From the NCBI GenBank assembly GCA_017428495.1, contig JAFRQS010000023.1, positions 670-64,669 on the forward strand: DNA of 64,000 bases, given 5' to 3'. This document shows, one piece after another, positions 41,690-51,155 of this stretch. The position numbers and the translations under genes were made by a program. Position 1 is the first letter of the stretch; each line of letters starts with the position of its first letter. Origin of the DNA: Bacilli bacterium. GTDB taxonomy: Bacteria; Bacillota_I; Bacilli_A; RF39; UBA660. The notes under the pieces were generated by a model. The model did not search any database. It was not told the origin of the DNA and saw only the letters and a program-made list of their open reading frames with translations.

Positions 41690-42132
41690 TGAAACTAAAT
41701 GAATTAAAAGTAACAGAAGGATCTAAGAAAGTAAGAAACAGAGTAGGTAGAGGAACATCTTCAGGTAACGGTAAAACTAGTGGTAAAGGACATAAAGGTC
41801 AAAAAGCAAGAAGTGGATATAGTAGAAAGGCAGGATTCGAAGGTGGACAATTACCACTATATAGAAGACTACCTAAAAGAGGATTTAGTAACGCAAAATT
41901 TAAAGTAGAGTATGCAGTAGTTAATTTATCAGATTTAAATAAATTTGATGAAGGTACTGTAGTAACTCCAGAATTATTGAAAGAGACAGGAATGGTTAAA
42001 AATCAATTATCAGGTATCAAAGTTCTTGGAAGTGGTGCTTTAGAAAAGAAATTAACTGTAAAAGCTAATAAGTTTTCTATGACTGCTAAAGAAAAGATAG
42101 AAGCAGCAGGTGGAAAAGTTGAGGTGATCTAA
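41689..42132 (+). CDS. rplO: 50S ribosomal protein L15
   Basis: [15 protein letters not shown] and FEGGQLPL. Confidence 0.99.
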   Translation: MKLNELKVTEGSKKVRNRVGRGTSSGNGKTSGKGHKGQKARSGYSRKAGFEGGQLPLYRRLPKRGFSNAKFKVEYAVVNLSDLNKFDEGTVVTPELLKETGMVKNQLSGIKVLGSGALEKKLTVKANKFSMTAKEKIEAAGGKVEVI

Positions 42133-42133
42133 T

Positions 42134-43396
42134 ATGTTTGCAACAATAAAGCAAATATTTAGCCCTAGAAACAAAGATTTAAGAAAAAGAATTTTATTTA
42201 CATTATTTGTATTATTGATATTTAAAGTTGGTACTGCTATAACAGTTCCAGGCACATCATCAATAACAAAAGATTTAGGATTCTTAGAATTATGGAATGC
42301 AATGAGTGGTGGTGCATTAGAGTCATTCTCTATATTTGCATTAGGTGTAGGACCATACATCAATGCATCTATCATTACACAATTATTGCAAATGGATATA
42401 ATTCCATATTTCTCAGATTTAAAGAATCAAGGTGCAACTGGTAGAAGAAAAATAAATGAAATAACTAGATATCTAGGTATTGCAATAGCATTTGTTCAAG
42501 GATATGTATTCTCATTCACTATCTATGGTCAAACAGGTGGTGCAATGGAATATCTAAGAATAGCAATTATTCTTACAGCTGGTACTTCATTCTTACTATG
42601 GTTAGGTGACCAAGTAACTCAAAAGGGTGTAGGTAATGGTATATCCTTAATGATCATGGCAGGTATTGTTGCTAATATGCCTAATATGTTTATATCAGTA
42701 TTTAAAAACTTTGTACATTTTAGTACATGGCAAAGTACATTAGTAGGATTATTAATATACTTAGTATTTATCTTACTATATATATTTATAATAGTAGGGG
42801 TTATATTTATTGATAAAGCTGAGAGAAGATTACCACTTCAATATGCAAATAGAACTACTAGTGCATATGGTGGTGAACAGACATATATTCCTATAAGATT
42901 GAATTCAGCAGGAGTTATGCCAGTTATCTTTGCATCAGTATTAATATCAATACCAGCTACTGTAGCGAATTTTGTAAAAAATACAGGATTCACAAATTTT
43001 GTAAATAATTATTTAACATATACAAAACCAGTTGGATTTATACTTTATGTATTATTAATATTTGCATTCGCATATTTCTATACATTTATGCAAATAAATC
43101 CAAAAGAATTATCTACTAATTTGAAAAATAATGGTGGATATATTCCAGGTATTAAACCTGGTAAAAGTACTGAGAATTATATAAGTAAAGTACTTAATAG
43201 ATTAACAATAGTTGGTGCATTGTTCTTAGTTGTACTAGCAGCTATACCAATCTTATGTACATTAATACCTAATATGCCAAAAAATGTAACAATTGGTGGA
43301 ACAGGATTATTAATTGTAGTAGGAGTTGCACTTGAAACTTATAATCAAATAGAAAACATACTAGTAAGTAGAAACTATAGTAGGAGTTATAGATAA
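42134..43396 (+). CDS. secY: Preprotein translocase SecY
   Basis: FALGVGPYINASII, NSAGVMPVIFA and GGTGLLIVVGV. Confidence 0.99.
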   Translation: MFATIKQIFSPRNKDLRKRILFTLFVLLIFKVGTAITVPGTSSITKDLGFLELWNAMSGGALESFSIFALGVGPYINASIITQLLQMDIIPYFSDLKNQGATGRRKINEITRYLGIAIAFVQGYVFSFTIYGQTGGAMEYLRIAIILTAGTSFLLWLGDQVTQKGVGNGISLMIMAGIVANMPNMFISVFKNFVHFSTWQSTLVGLLIYLVFILLYIFIIVGVIFIDKAERRLPLQYANRTTSAYGGEQTYIPIRLNSAGVMPVIFASVLISIPATVANFVKNTGFTNFVNNYLTYTKPVGFILYVLLIFAFAYFYTFMQINPKELSTNLKNNGGYIPGIKPGKSTENYISKVLNRLTIVGALFLVVLAAIPILCTLIPNMPKNVTIGGTGLLIVVGVALETYNQIENILVSRNYSRSYR

Positions 43397-44037
43397 TGAA
43401 TGTAATATTTATTGCTCCCCCTGCTGCAGGCAAGGGAACTCAAGCAGAAATGTTAGAGAAAGAATATAATATGTATCATTTATCAACAGGTGATTTACTT
43501 CGTGAAATTGCATCAAGCAAGACAGAACTTGGAAAGAATGTAAAAGAATTAATAGATAATGGCAAATTAATTGATGATGAATTAATGCTAAAACTATTAA
43601 AAGAGAAGATATCTTCATTAAAAGTTAATGGAATAATATTTGATGGATTTCCAAGGACAATTCATCAAGCAGAAATGTTAGATGAATTATTAGAAAATAT
43701 GAATCAGAAAATTGATTCAGTAATCTACTTAGAAGTAGATAAAGAAGTAGCACTAAAAAGAGCTACTGGAAGAGTCACATGTTCAAATTGTGGAAGCATT
43801 TATAATATTTATTTTGATAATATTAAAGATAATAAATGTAATAATTGTGGAAATGAGCTTTCAAAAAGAATGGATGATACAGAAGAAAAATTTAATACTA
43901 GATTTGATACTTATTTAAATAATACAAAACCGGTAATTGATTATTATCAAAATAATGGATTATTAAATACAGTTTCAAGTATGGGTGATAAATTAGAAAT
44001 ATTCAATAATATAAAATCTATAATAGAAGGTAAGTAA
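43396..44037 (+). CDS. adk: Adenylate kinase (Zn-lid type)
   Basis: [17 protein letters not shown] and CSNC...CNNC lid. Confidence 0.98.
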   Translation: MNVIFIAPPAAGKGTQAEMLEKEYNMYHLSTGDLLREIASSKTELGKNVKELIDNGKLIDDELMLKLLKEKISSLKVNGIIFDGFPRTIHQAEMLDELLENMNQKIDSVIYLEVDKEVALKRATGRVTCSNCGSIYNIYFDNIKDNKCNNCGNELSKRMDDTEEKFNTRFDTYLNNTKPVIDYYQNNGLLNTVSSMGDKLEIFNNIKSIIEGK

Positions 44038-44038
44038 T

Positions 44039-44794
44039 ATGATTAATATCAAAAGTGATAGAGAAATAGAATTACTTAAAGAAGCAGGTAGATTAACATA
44101 TCTAACTCATTTAGAAGTAAAAAAACATATTAAAGTTGGTGTTACTACTAATGAGTTAGATAAAGCTGCTGCAGACTTTATTAAAAGTCAAGGTTGTACA
44201 TCATCATTTTTAAATTATAATGGATATCCAAAATCTATATGTGTATCTGTTAATGATGAAGTAGTACATGGAATTCCTTCTAATAGGAAACTAAAAGAAG
44301 GGGACATTGTGTCAGTAGACATAGGTGTCTGTTACAAAGGTTATCATGGCGATTCCGCATGGACTTATCCAGTAGGAAAAGTTAGTGATGATAAATTATA
44401 TTTAATGGAACATACACAAAAAGCATTATATGCTGGTTTAGAACAAGCTAAACCAGGTAATAGGCTTGGAGATATATGTTCTGCAATTGGTACTTATGCA
44501 AAAGATCATAAACTAGGTATTGTAAGAGAACTAGTTGGTCATGGAGTAGGTACTAAATTACATGAAGATCCAGAAATACCTAATTATGGTGTTAAAGGGA
44601 CTGGTCCAGTATTAAAAAAAGGAATGGTCCTTGCAATTGAACCAATGCTTAATTTAGGTGGTGATGCTGTAGTAATGTTAGATGATGATTGGACAATAGT
44701 TACAGAAGATTATAGTCCTAGTGCTCATTTTGAACATACTGTAGTTATTACAGATGATGGATATGAAATATTAACATTGACGCGAGGTGATTAA
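44039..44794 (+). CDS. map: Type I methionyl aminopeptidase
   Basis: VVHGIP, VGHGVG and SAHFEHTV. Confidence 0.98.
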   Translation: MINIKSDREIELLKEAGRLTYLTHLEVKKHIKVGVTTNELDKAAADFIKSQGCTSSFLNYNGYPKSICVSVNDEVVHGIPSNRKLKEGDIVSVDIGVCYKGYHGDSAWTYPVGKVSDDKLYLMEHTQKALYAGLEQAKPGNRLGDICSAIGTYAKDHKLGIVRELVGHGVGTKLHEDPEIPNYGVKGTGPVLKKGMVLAIEPMLNLGGDAVVMLDDDWTIVTEDYSPSAHFEHTVVITDDGYEILTLTRGD

Positions 44795-45013
44795 ATGGCA
44801 AATAAAGATGCTATTGAAGTTGAAGGAAAGGTAATAGATATATTACCTGGAGGTAAATTTAAAGTTGAACTAGAAAACGGATTTACTGTAGAAGCTCACG
44901 TTTCTGGTAAAATTCGAATGAATTACATTCGTATCTTACCAGGCGATACAGTAAAAGTAGAAGTATCACCTTATGATTTAACACGTGGGCGTATAACCTA
45001 TAGAAGAGGATAG
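44795..45013 (+). CDS. infA: Translation initiation factor IF-1
   Basis: [18 protein letters not shown]. Confidence 0.99.
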   Translation: MANKDAIEVEGKVIDILPGGKFKVELENGFTVEAHVSGKIRMNYIRILPGDTVKVEVSPYDLTRGRITYRRG

Positions 45014-45024
45014 GAGGAAATAAG

Positions 45025-45138
45025 ATGAAAGTTAGACCATCAGTAAAACCAATATGTGACAAATGTAAAGTCATAAAAAGAAAAGGTAAAGTACTTGTAA
45101 TTTGTGAAAATCCAAAGCACAAGCAAAGACAAGGATAG
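45025..45138 (+). CDS. rpmJ: 50S ribosomal protein L36 (absent from the ORF track)
   Basis: Translates to [37 protein letters not shown]; SD AGGAGG. Confidence 0.99.
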   Translation: MKVRPSVKPICDKCKVIKRKGKVLVICENPKHKQRQG

Positions 45139-45146
45139 GAGGAATT

Positions 45147-45512
45147 ATGGCACGTATTAAGGGTGTAGATATACCTAATGATAAGAGAGTTGAAATAGCT
45201 TTAACTTATATTTATGGTATAGGAAGAAATTTATCAAATACAATTTTAAAAGCTGCTAAAGTAAATCCTGATACAAAAGCAAAGGATTTAACTGAAGAAG
45301 AAGTAGTAAGAATTCGTGATGAAGTATCTAAATACTTAGTAGAAGGAGATCTAAGAAGAGAAGTAGGTCTAAATATTAAGAATAAGATGGAAATTGGTTC
45401 ATACCAAGGAATTCGTCATAGAAAAGGATTACCTGTTAGAGGTCAAAGAACAAATAGAAATGCTAGAACTCGTAAGGGAAAAGGTAAGACTATTGCTAAC
45501 AAGAAAAAATAG
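45147..45512 (+). CDS. rpsM: 30S ribosomal protein S13
   Basis: [10 protein letters not shown] and LPVRGQRT. Confidence 0.99.
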   Translation: MARIKGVDIPNDKRVEIALTYIYGIGRNLSNTILKAAKVNPDTKAKDLTEEEVVRIRDEVSKYLVEGDLRREVGLNIKNKMEIGSYQGIRHRKGLPVRGQRTNRNARTRKGKGKTIANKKK

Positions 45513-45528
45513 TAATTAAGGAGGAAAT

Positions 45529-45912
45529 ATGGCATATAAAGCTAGAAAACGTAAAGTTAAAAAGAATGTACCTGAAGGTCAAGCACATATTCATGTAACT
45601 TATAATAATACTATTATTACTATTACAGATATGGATGGTAATACAGTTAGCTGGGCATCAGCAGGTACAATTGGTTATAAAGGAAGTAAAAAGAAAACTC
45701 CATTTGCTGCAGGTATGGCTGCAGAAGCTGCTGCTAAAGCTGCATATGATGCAGGAATGAGAAAAGTAGAAGCATATGTTAATGGTGTAGGCCCAGCTAG
45801 AGATACTGCACTACGTTCATTACAAACTGGAGGATTAGAAGTAACAGCTATGAGTGATGTAACACCTATTCCACATAACGGATGTCGTCCACCAAAACGA
45901 CCACGTGGATAA
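45529..45912 (+). CDS. rpsK: 30S ribosomal protein S11
   Basis: [14 protein letters not shown]. Confidence 0.99.
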   Translation: MAYKARKRKVKKNVPEGQAHIHVTYNNTIITITDMDGNTVSWASAGTIGYKGSKKKTPFAAGMAAEAAAKAAYDAGMRKVEAYVNGVGPARDTALRSLQTGGLEVTAMSDVTPIPHNGCRPPKRPRG

Positions 45913-45933
45913 AATTGAAAGGAGTGAATTATA

Positions 45934-46953
45934 ATGGCAGAAAAAGTTACTGAAAAATTAAATGTATCAGTTGAATTAGGTTTTAGTGAAGATAAAAATG
46001 CATATTTAGTATTTGAAAAACCAGAATATAAGATGACTGAATACATAGAAGGAAACAATTATGGTAAATTTGTATTAGAACCATTAGAAAGAGGATTTGG
46101 ACTTACTATTGGTAATGCATTAAGAAGAATATTATTATCTTCTTTACCAGGAGATGCAATTACTAGCGTTAGAATTGATGGAGTAATGCATGAATTCCAA
46201 ACTATTGATGGAGTAATAGAAGATGTAACATCAATAGTATTAAATTTAAAGAAAATTGTTGTTAAGAAAAATACTGATGAACAAGTAACAGTTAAAATCA
46301 GTGCTAAAGGAGAAGGAACTCTTACAGCAGCAAGCTTAGTAACAGATTCTACAATAGAGATTATTAATCCAGATCAAGAAATATGTACACTTGCTGAAGG
46401 TGGAAAATTAGATATGGAACTAACTATTGGTAGAGGTAGAGGTTACATAGTTGCTGATGAAGTAAAGGAAACTTTAGGAGATGTTAAAGTAGGAACTATT
46501 GCAGTTGATGCATTATATTCTCCAATTGAAAGAGTTAATTATGAAGTAGAAAAAGCTCGTGTTGGACAAAATAATAACTATGATAAGCTAACACTTGAAG
46601 TATGGACAGATGGTTCATTAAAACCACAAGATGCTGTTAAAGAAGCTGCAAGTATATTAATGGCTCAATTAGATAAGATTGATAGTCCAGAATTTACAGA
46701 TGCAATAAGAGGATTAATGAAACAAAATGAAGAAGATCCAAAGCAAAAGATTCTTGAAACATCAATTGATGATTTAGAATTATCTGTAAGAGCTTATAAC
46801 TGCTTAAAGAGAGCAGCAATAAATAATGTACAAGATTTAGTTAATAAATCAGAAAATGAGATGATGAAGATTCGTAACCTTGGTAGAAAATCTCTAAAAG
46901 AAGTAATGGACAAAATCAAGGAAATGGGTTTATCATTTAGAAATGATGAATAG
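45934..46953 (+). CDS. rpoA: RNA polymerase alpha subunit (N-terminal extension)
   Basis: EPLERGFGLTIGNALRR and LSVRAYNCLKRA. Confidence 0.99.
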   Translation: MAEKVTEKLNVSVELGFSEDKNAYLVFEKPEYKMTEYIEGNNYGKFVLEPLERGFGLTIGNALRRILLSSLPGDAITSVRIDGVMHEFQTIDGVIEDVTSIVLNLKKIVVKKNTDEQVTVKISAKGEGTLTAASLVTDSTIEIINPDQEICTLAEGGKLDMELTIGRGRGYIVADEVKETLGDVKVGTIAVDALYSPIERVNYEVEKARVGQNNNYDKLTLEVWTDGSLKPQDAVKEAASILMAQLDKIDSPEFTDAIRGLMKQNEEDPKQKILETSIDDLELSVRAYNCLKRAAINNVQDLVNKSENEMMKIRNLGRKSLKEVMDKIKEMGLSFRNDE

Positions 46954-46968
46954 TGAAGGAGTGAAAAT

Positions 46969-47421
46969 ATGGCTTATAGAAAATTAGGTGTAGATAACAA
47001 ACATAGAAGAAGCATGTTAGCTAACTTAACAAAAGATTTAATAATGAAAGAGTCAATTAATACAACTGAAACAAGAGCAAAAGAAGTTAGAAAATCTTTT
47101 GATAAAATGGTTACATATGCAAAAGAAGGTAGTCTAGTTTCTAGACGTAAAATATTAGCGTTCCTTCAAAATGATAATGTTGCTACAAAGAAAGTATTTG
47201 ATTTAGCAGAACGTACTAAAAATAGAAATGGTGGTTATACAACTATGTTAAAATTAGGAGAAAGAAAGGGAGACGATGCCCTAATGGTTATCCTAAAATT
47301 AGTTGATGAAGCTCCAAAAAAAGAAGTAAAAGAAGAAAAGAAAGCTAAAGCAAAGAAAGAAGTAAAAGAAGAAAAGGTTGCAAAACCTAGAACAAGAAAA
47401 ACAAAGAAGACTGAAGAATAA
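46969..47421 (+). CDS. rplQ: 50S ribosomal protein L17 (K/E-rich tail)
   Basis: [14 protein letters not shown] and ERKGDDA. Confidence 0.98.
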   Translation: MAYRKLGVDNKHRRSMLANLTKDLIMKESINTTETRAKEVRKSFDKMVTYAKEGSLVSRRKILAFLQNDNVATKKVFDLAERTKNRNGGYTTMLKLGERKGDDALMVILKLVDEAPKKEVKEEKKAKAKKEVKEEKVAKPRTRKTKKTEE

Positions 47422-47434
47422 TTCAGTCTTTTTA
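47407..47434 (+). terminator. Terminator of the ribosomal cluster
   Basis: AAGACTGAA-GAATAA-TTCAGTCTT followed by Ts. Confidence 0.75.
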
Positions 47435-47504
47435 ATTGTATTATATAAATTAATGCATTTAATGCTTTACTATGCTATAATTTAATTAGTTATGGTGATA
47501 ATAT

Positions 47505-49688
47505 ATGAGTATAAAAGAATTAATAAATAAATTGTTTAAACCAAAAACAAGGCAACAAGGACTAGCCTTACCCACTGATTTAGTATCAGTTCCTATGCGT
47601 GATAGTTTAGATAATAGTAAGATTAAAGAATTAGATGAATATAAAAATAGTTATTTAAAAATACTATTGCAAAAGAAACATTTTACTAGTCATGATATTA
47701 GTTCAAAAGATTTTAGCCAGGAAATGGCTATGAATTTTGAACTATTTGGGAGATTGGTAATAAATCATGATAGTAATTATAATCTTGACACAATGCCTAA
47801 TTATGAAAAAAATGAATTACTTATTAAACAAAGAGTTAATCCTATAAAAATTCAACTATATATTGATAGAATGGGAGAAATGTGGGATGAAACACATTTA
47901 CAATTAATTGCTTTAAGAGAAATATATAGTGAATTAGGCAAAAAATTAACTAAAGATAAGAAAGAAGCAATTTTAAATGAAATATATAATCTAACTACTA
48001 AATATATTATTTTTAAAAGTAATGTATATGCCGCTTTAGCAGAAGTTGAGACTTATAAAAAAGAGATAACAAATGATTCAGCATCAAATGAAATTGATAA
48101 TCTAGTTATGTATCATCATAATGTAAGTTATTATGCTTTATATTTTATACCAGATATAGCACTTGAAATAGCGAAAAATAGAGAATATACTATTTTAGAT
48201 AAAATTGCTATTTTAGAACGGGAATTAGAAATGTATGCGTATAATCATCTTAAAATTGATGACTTGAATAAAGAGTTAGAAGAAATTGATAAAATAGAAA
48301 AAACACCTAGCAATAAACAAAAGTTATTAGATAAAATTAATAAATTAGAAATAAAATTTCTTGTTTTAAATGATTATGGTGGACATGAACTAGATTTAAA
48401 GCCATTATATGAAGTAAAATTTGATATTTTAACTATCGATATAGTTAGACAAAATGATAGTCCGTTTAAAAATGTTGAAGGAAGAGAGTTAAAATATTAT
48501 GAAAATATTATTTTAGATAAAATAACTACAAATATTACTGGGGTAGATTCATTACTCAATCAAAGATTAGATGAAGATAATAAAAAAATAATTGAATACT
48601 TTGTTGCATTGTTAAAGAATGGGGATAGTTATAATTTTTATATCATACTACAAGATATTTTTAAATTATCTTTATTACTTAGTGCAAGTAGTGATGAAGA
48701 AATGAGTTATTTTTTTGATAATTTTAAAATCAACTTTAATAAGAATGCTAAATATGATTTTCAATATCATTTTACAAGAGAAATTCCTAGAATAGGTATC
48801 AGCGCAAATAATACAATCCCTCTAAGTGCAGTTTGCTGGCTAAATAATCTTGATATATTGATTGAAAAACAGGGACAAGGCTTTATTAATGAGGATACAA
48901 ATAGAATTGTTCAGATATATAATTATTTTGCAGATAAAGAAACTGAAAAAACTTCACAATATAAGATACCAGAAGGAATTACTAAAATTACATTATCTTT
49001 TTATACCAGAAATTATATTATTAAAGATGAAATATTAAAAAAATCTTTAGGAAAAACACTTGTAACTCCGAGTAGTCTTAAAACCTTTAGTTTAGTAGAT
49101 ACAATTTATGGTAAAAAAGATAGATTAACTTTATCTACTGATGTAGCAAGTGAATCAAATGAAATAATAAATTCTAACCCTTGGTTTTCACCTGTTTTGC
49201 ATGCTTCTAATGTAATTTTTAATGAAGGATTAGAATATATTTATGAGCCATCTTTTATAGGTTGTACTACACAATCTTTAACAATACCATCTACATTGCG
49301 TAATGCAGATGAATCAGCAATTGCATATGCTTTTAGCACTTCTAGTGGTATACAATCAAGTATATATGAATTAATATTTACTAATTATGAAAATTCCATT
49401 ACTTTGCATGATAATGAACAAATGGATAATATAATTAAAAGATTATTTGATATATCATTTTTATATGAATTATCTATGTTAAGTGACATTGTTCCGATTA
49501 TATCTCCAAGAATACAAAAAATTGTTTTAGTTTCAAAAGACGGAGAGAGAATACAAATATTAATAAATGAAATTATCGCTAGTAATCTCTCAAATAATGA
49601 ATCAGATCCTGATAAAATTATTAGTGAAATAAAAAAAGAAATCTATGAAATAGTTAATAATACAAAAGAAGAAAATAAATCTAAATAG
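47505..49688 (+). CDS. Large hypothetical protein: helical N-half, degenerate BspA/LRR_5-like repeats in the C-half
   Basis: KIPEGITKI, TPSSLKTF and FNEGLEYIYEPSFIGCTTQSLTIPSTL; no signal peptide. Confidence 0.6.
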   Translation: MSIKELINKLFKPKTRQQGLALPTDLVSVPMRDSLDNSKIKELDEYKNSYLKILLQKKHFTSHDISSKDFSQEMAMNFELFGRLVINHDSNYNLDTMPNYEKNELLIKQRVNPIKIQLYIDRMGEMWDETHLQLIALREIYSELGKKLTKDKKEAILNEIYNLTTKYIIFKSNVYAALAEVETYKKEITNDSASNEIDNLVMYHHNVSYYALYFIPDIALEIAKNREYTILDKIAILERELEMYAYNHLKIDDLNKELEEIDKIEKTPSNKQKLLDKINKLEIKFLVLNDYGGHELDLKPLYEVKFDILTIDIVRQNDSPFKNVEGRELKYYENIILDKITTNITGVDSLLNQRLDEDNKKIIEYFVALLKNGDSYNFYIILQDIFKLSLLLSASSDEEMSYFFDNFKINFNKNAKYDFQYHFTREIPRIGISANNTIPLSAVCWLNNLDILIEKQGQGFINEDTNRIVQIYNYFADKETEKTSQYKIPEGITKITLSFYTRNYIIKDEILKKSLGKTLVTPSSLKTFSLVDTIYGKKDRLTLSTDVASESNEIINSNPWFSPVLHASNVIFNEGLEYIYEPSFIGCTTQSLTIPSTLRNADESAIAYAFSTSSGIQSSIYELIFTNYENSITLHDNEQMDNIIKRLFDISFLYELSMLSDIVPIISPRIQKIVLVSKDGERIQILINEIIASNLSNNESDPDKIISEIKKEIYEIVNNTKEENKSK

Positions 49689-49725
49689 TTTTTTATATAA
49701 TACTGTTTATGAATTTGTTTTAAAT

Positions 49726-49753
49726 TTGACAAAACAGCTTTAATATGTATAAT
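49726..49753 (+). promoter_or_regulatory. Near-consensus sigma-A promoter with extended -10
   Basis: TTGACA-N16-TATAAT with TG immediately before the -10. Confidence 0.75.
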
Positions 49754-49777
49754 ATGCATTACTTAGGAGTGATATAT

Positions 49778-50290
49778 ATGACAGAAGAAGTTAGAAAATT
49801 ATTATTAGAAGCAAGTAAAGAATTAGAGAAAGAAGATAAACAAAGCGATAGTATAATTTATGAGCAAGCTGCAAATGGTTCAAATAAAATTAGTTATATT
49901 GTTTGGAAGTCATTATTAGAGGAATGGAGAGAAGCTGCTTTAGGAAGTGAGATTACTAAGAAATTAAAAGTATTACCACCAGAAAAGATAAATTTAACAT
50001 CTCGAGATTTAAATTTTGGTACACGTGATGAATGTACATATGCAAAAAAGCAAATAAGAATGGCGTCAAGATTTAATGTAAGGCATGATGATTCGATTGC
50101 TTTTGTTATAGAAGGGAAAAAAATAACGCCTATATTGACTAAATATATGATTGGAACAATGCAAGATGATGGGCTTAATGTATCAGTTGCTACTGATGGT
50201 ATGATATGTTCTACATCAACTGAAAAATTTGAAGAAATAATGCGACAAATAAGTAAAAAACCAAGTATATATAGTAAAGGAACTAAATAG
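49778..50290 (+). CDS. Hypothetical protein (~170 aa)
   Basis: SD AGGAG, own promoter and a terminator at ~50289; no family recognised. Confidence 0.75.
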   Translation: MTEEVRKLLLEASKELEKEDKQSDSIIYEQAANGSNKISYIVWKSLLEEWREAALGSEITKKLKVLPPEKINLTSRDLNFGTRDECTYAKKQIRMASRFNVRHDDSIAFVIEGKKITPILTKYMIGTMQDDGLNVSVATDGMICSTSTEKFEEIMRQISKKPSIYSKGTK

Positions 50291-50346
50291 TACTGAATTT
50301 TGATTTCAGTACTTTTTATGTGGTATACTAATAATGAGGTGATAAT

Positions 50347-51090
50347 ATGAAAGCATTAATTACAGGAGGATCTTCTGGAATAGGAAGAGATATGGCTACG
50401 TATTTAAAGAAACTTGGACATGAAGTAATAATTGTTGGTAGTAATAAAGAAAAATTAGATAAAGTAGCAGATAAATTAAATTGTAAATCTATAGTTATGG
50501 ATTTAAGTATTAAAGATAATTGTAAGAAATTATATGAAAAAGTTAAATCTGAAAATATTGATATCTTAATTAACAATGCTGGATTTGGTAAATTTGGAGA
50601 ATTTACTGATATTAATTTAGATGAGGAACTTAATATGATAGATGTTAATATAAATGCAGTACATATATTAACTAAATTGTTTTTAAAAGATTTTGTAAAA
50701 AGAGATAGTGGTTATATTCTTAATGTAGCATCATCTGCAGCTTTTGAACCAGGTCCATTAATGGCAACATATTACTCTACTAAAGCGTATGTTTTAAGAC
50801 TTACTACTTCTATTTATGAAGAACTTAGAAGAAATAAATCAAATGTTCATATTTCTGTTTTATGCCCTGGACCAGTAAATACTAATTTTAATAATGTTGC
50901 TAATGTTAAATTTGATATTAAGTCAATTAGTAGTGAATATTGTGCAGAATATGCAATTAAAAAGATGTTTAAAAATAAGTTAATAATAATACCATCATTC
51001 TATATGAAAACAGGAATCTTTTTTACTAGATTTATTCCTACTAAAATGATGGCAAGAATTGCATATAATATACAGAGTAAAAAGAGATAA
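50347..51090 (+). CDS. Short-chain dehydrogenase/reductase (SDR)
   Basis: TGGSSGIG, NNAG and YYSTK. Confidence 0.95.
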   Translation: MKALITGGSSGIGRDMATYLKKLGHEVIIVGSNKEKLDKVADKLNCKSIVMDLSIKDNCKKLYEKVKSENIDILINNAGFGKFGEFTDINLDEELNMIDVNINAVHILTKLFLKDFVKRDSGYILNVASSAAFEPGPLMATYYSTKAYVLRLTTSIYEELRRNKSNVHISVLCPGPVNTNFNNVANVKFDIKSISSEYCAEYAIKKMFKNKLIIIPSFYMKTGIFFTRFIPTKMMARIAYNIQSKKR

Positions 51091-51155
51091 TTTTTATCTC
51101 TTTTAAATTGAATAAAAAGAAAATTTATAGTATTATTATAATTGAGGGATGATAT

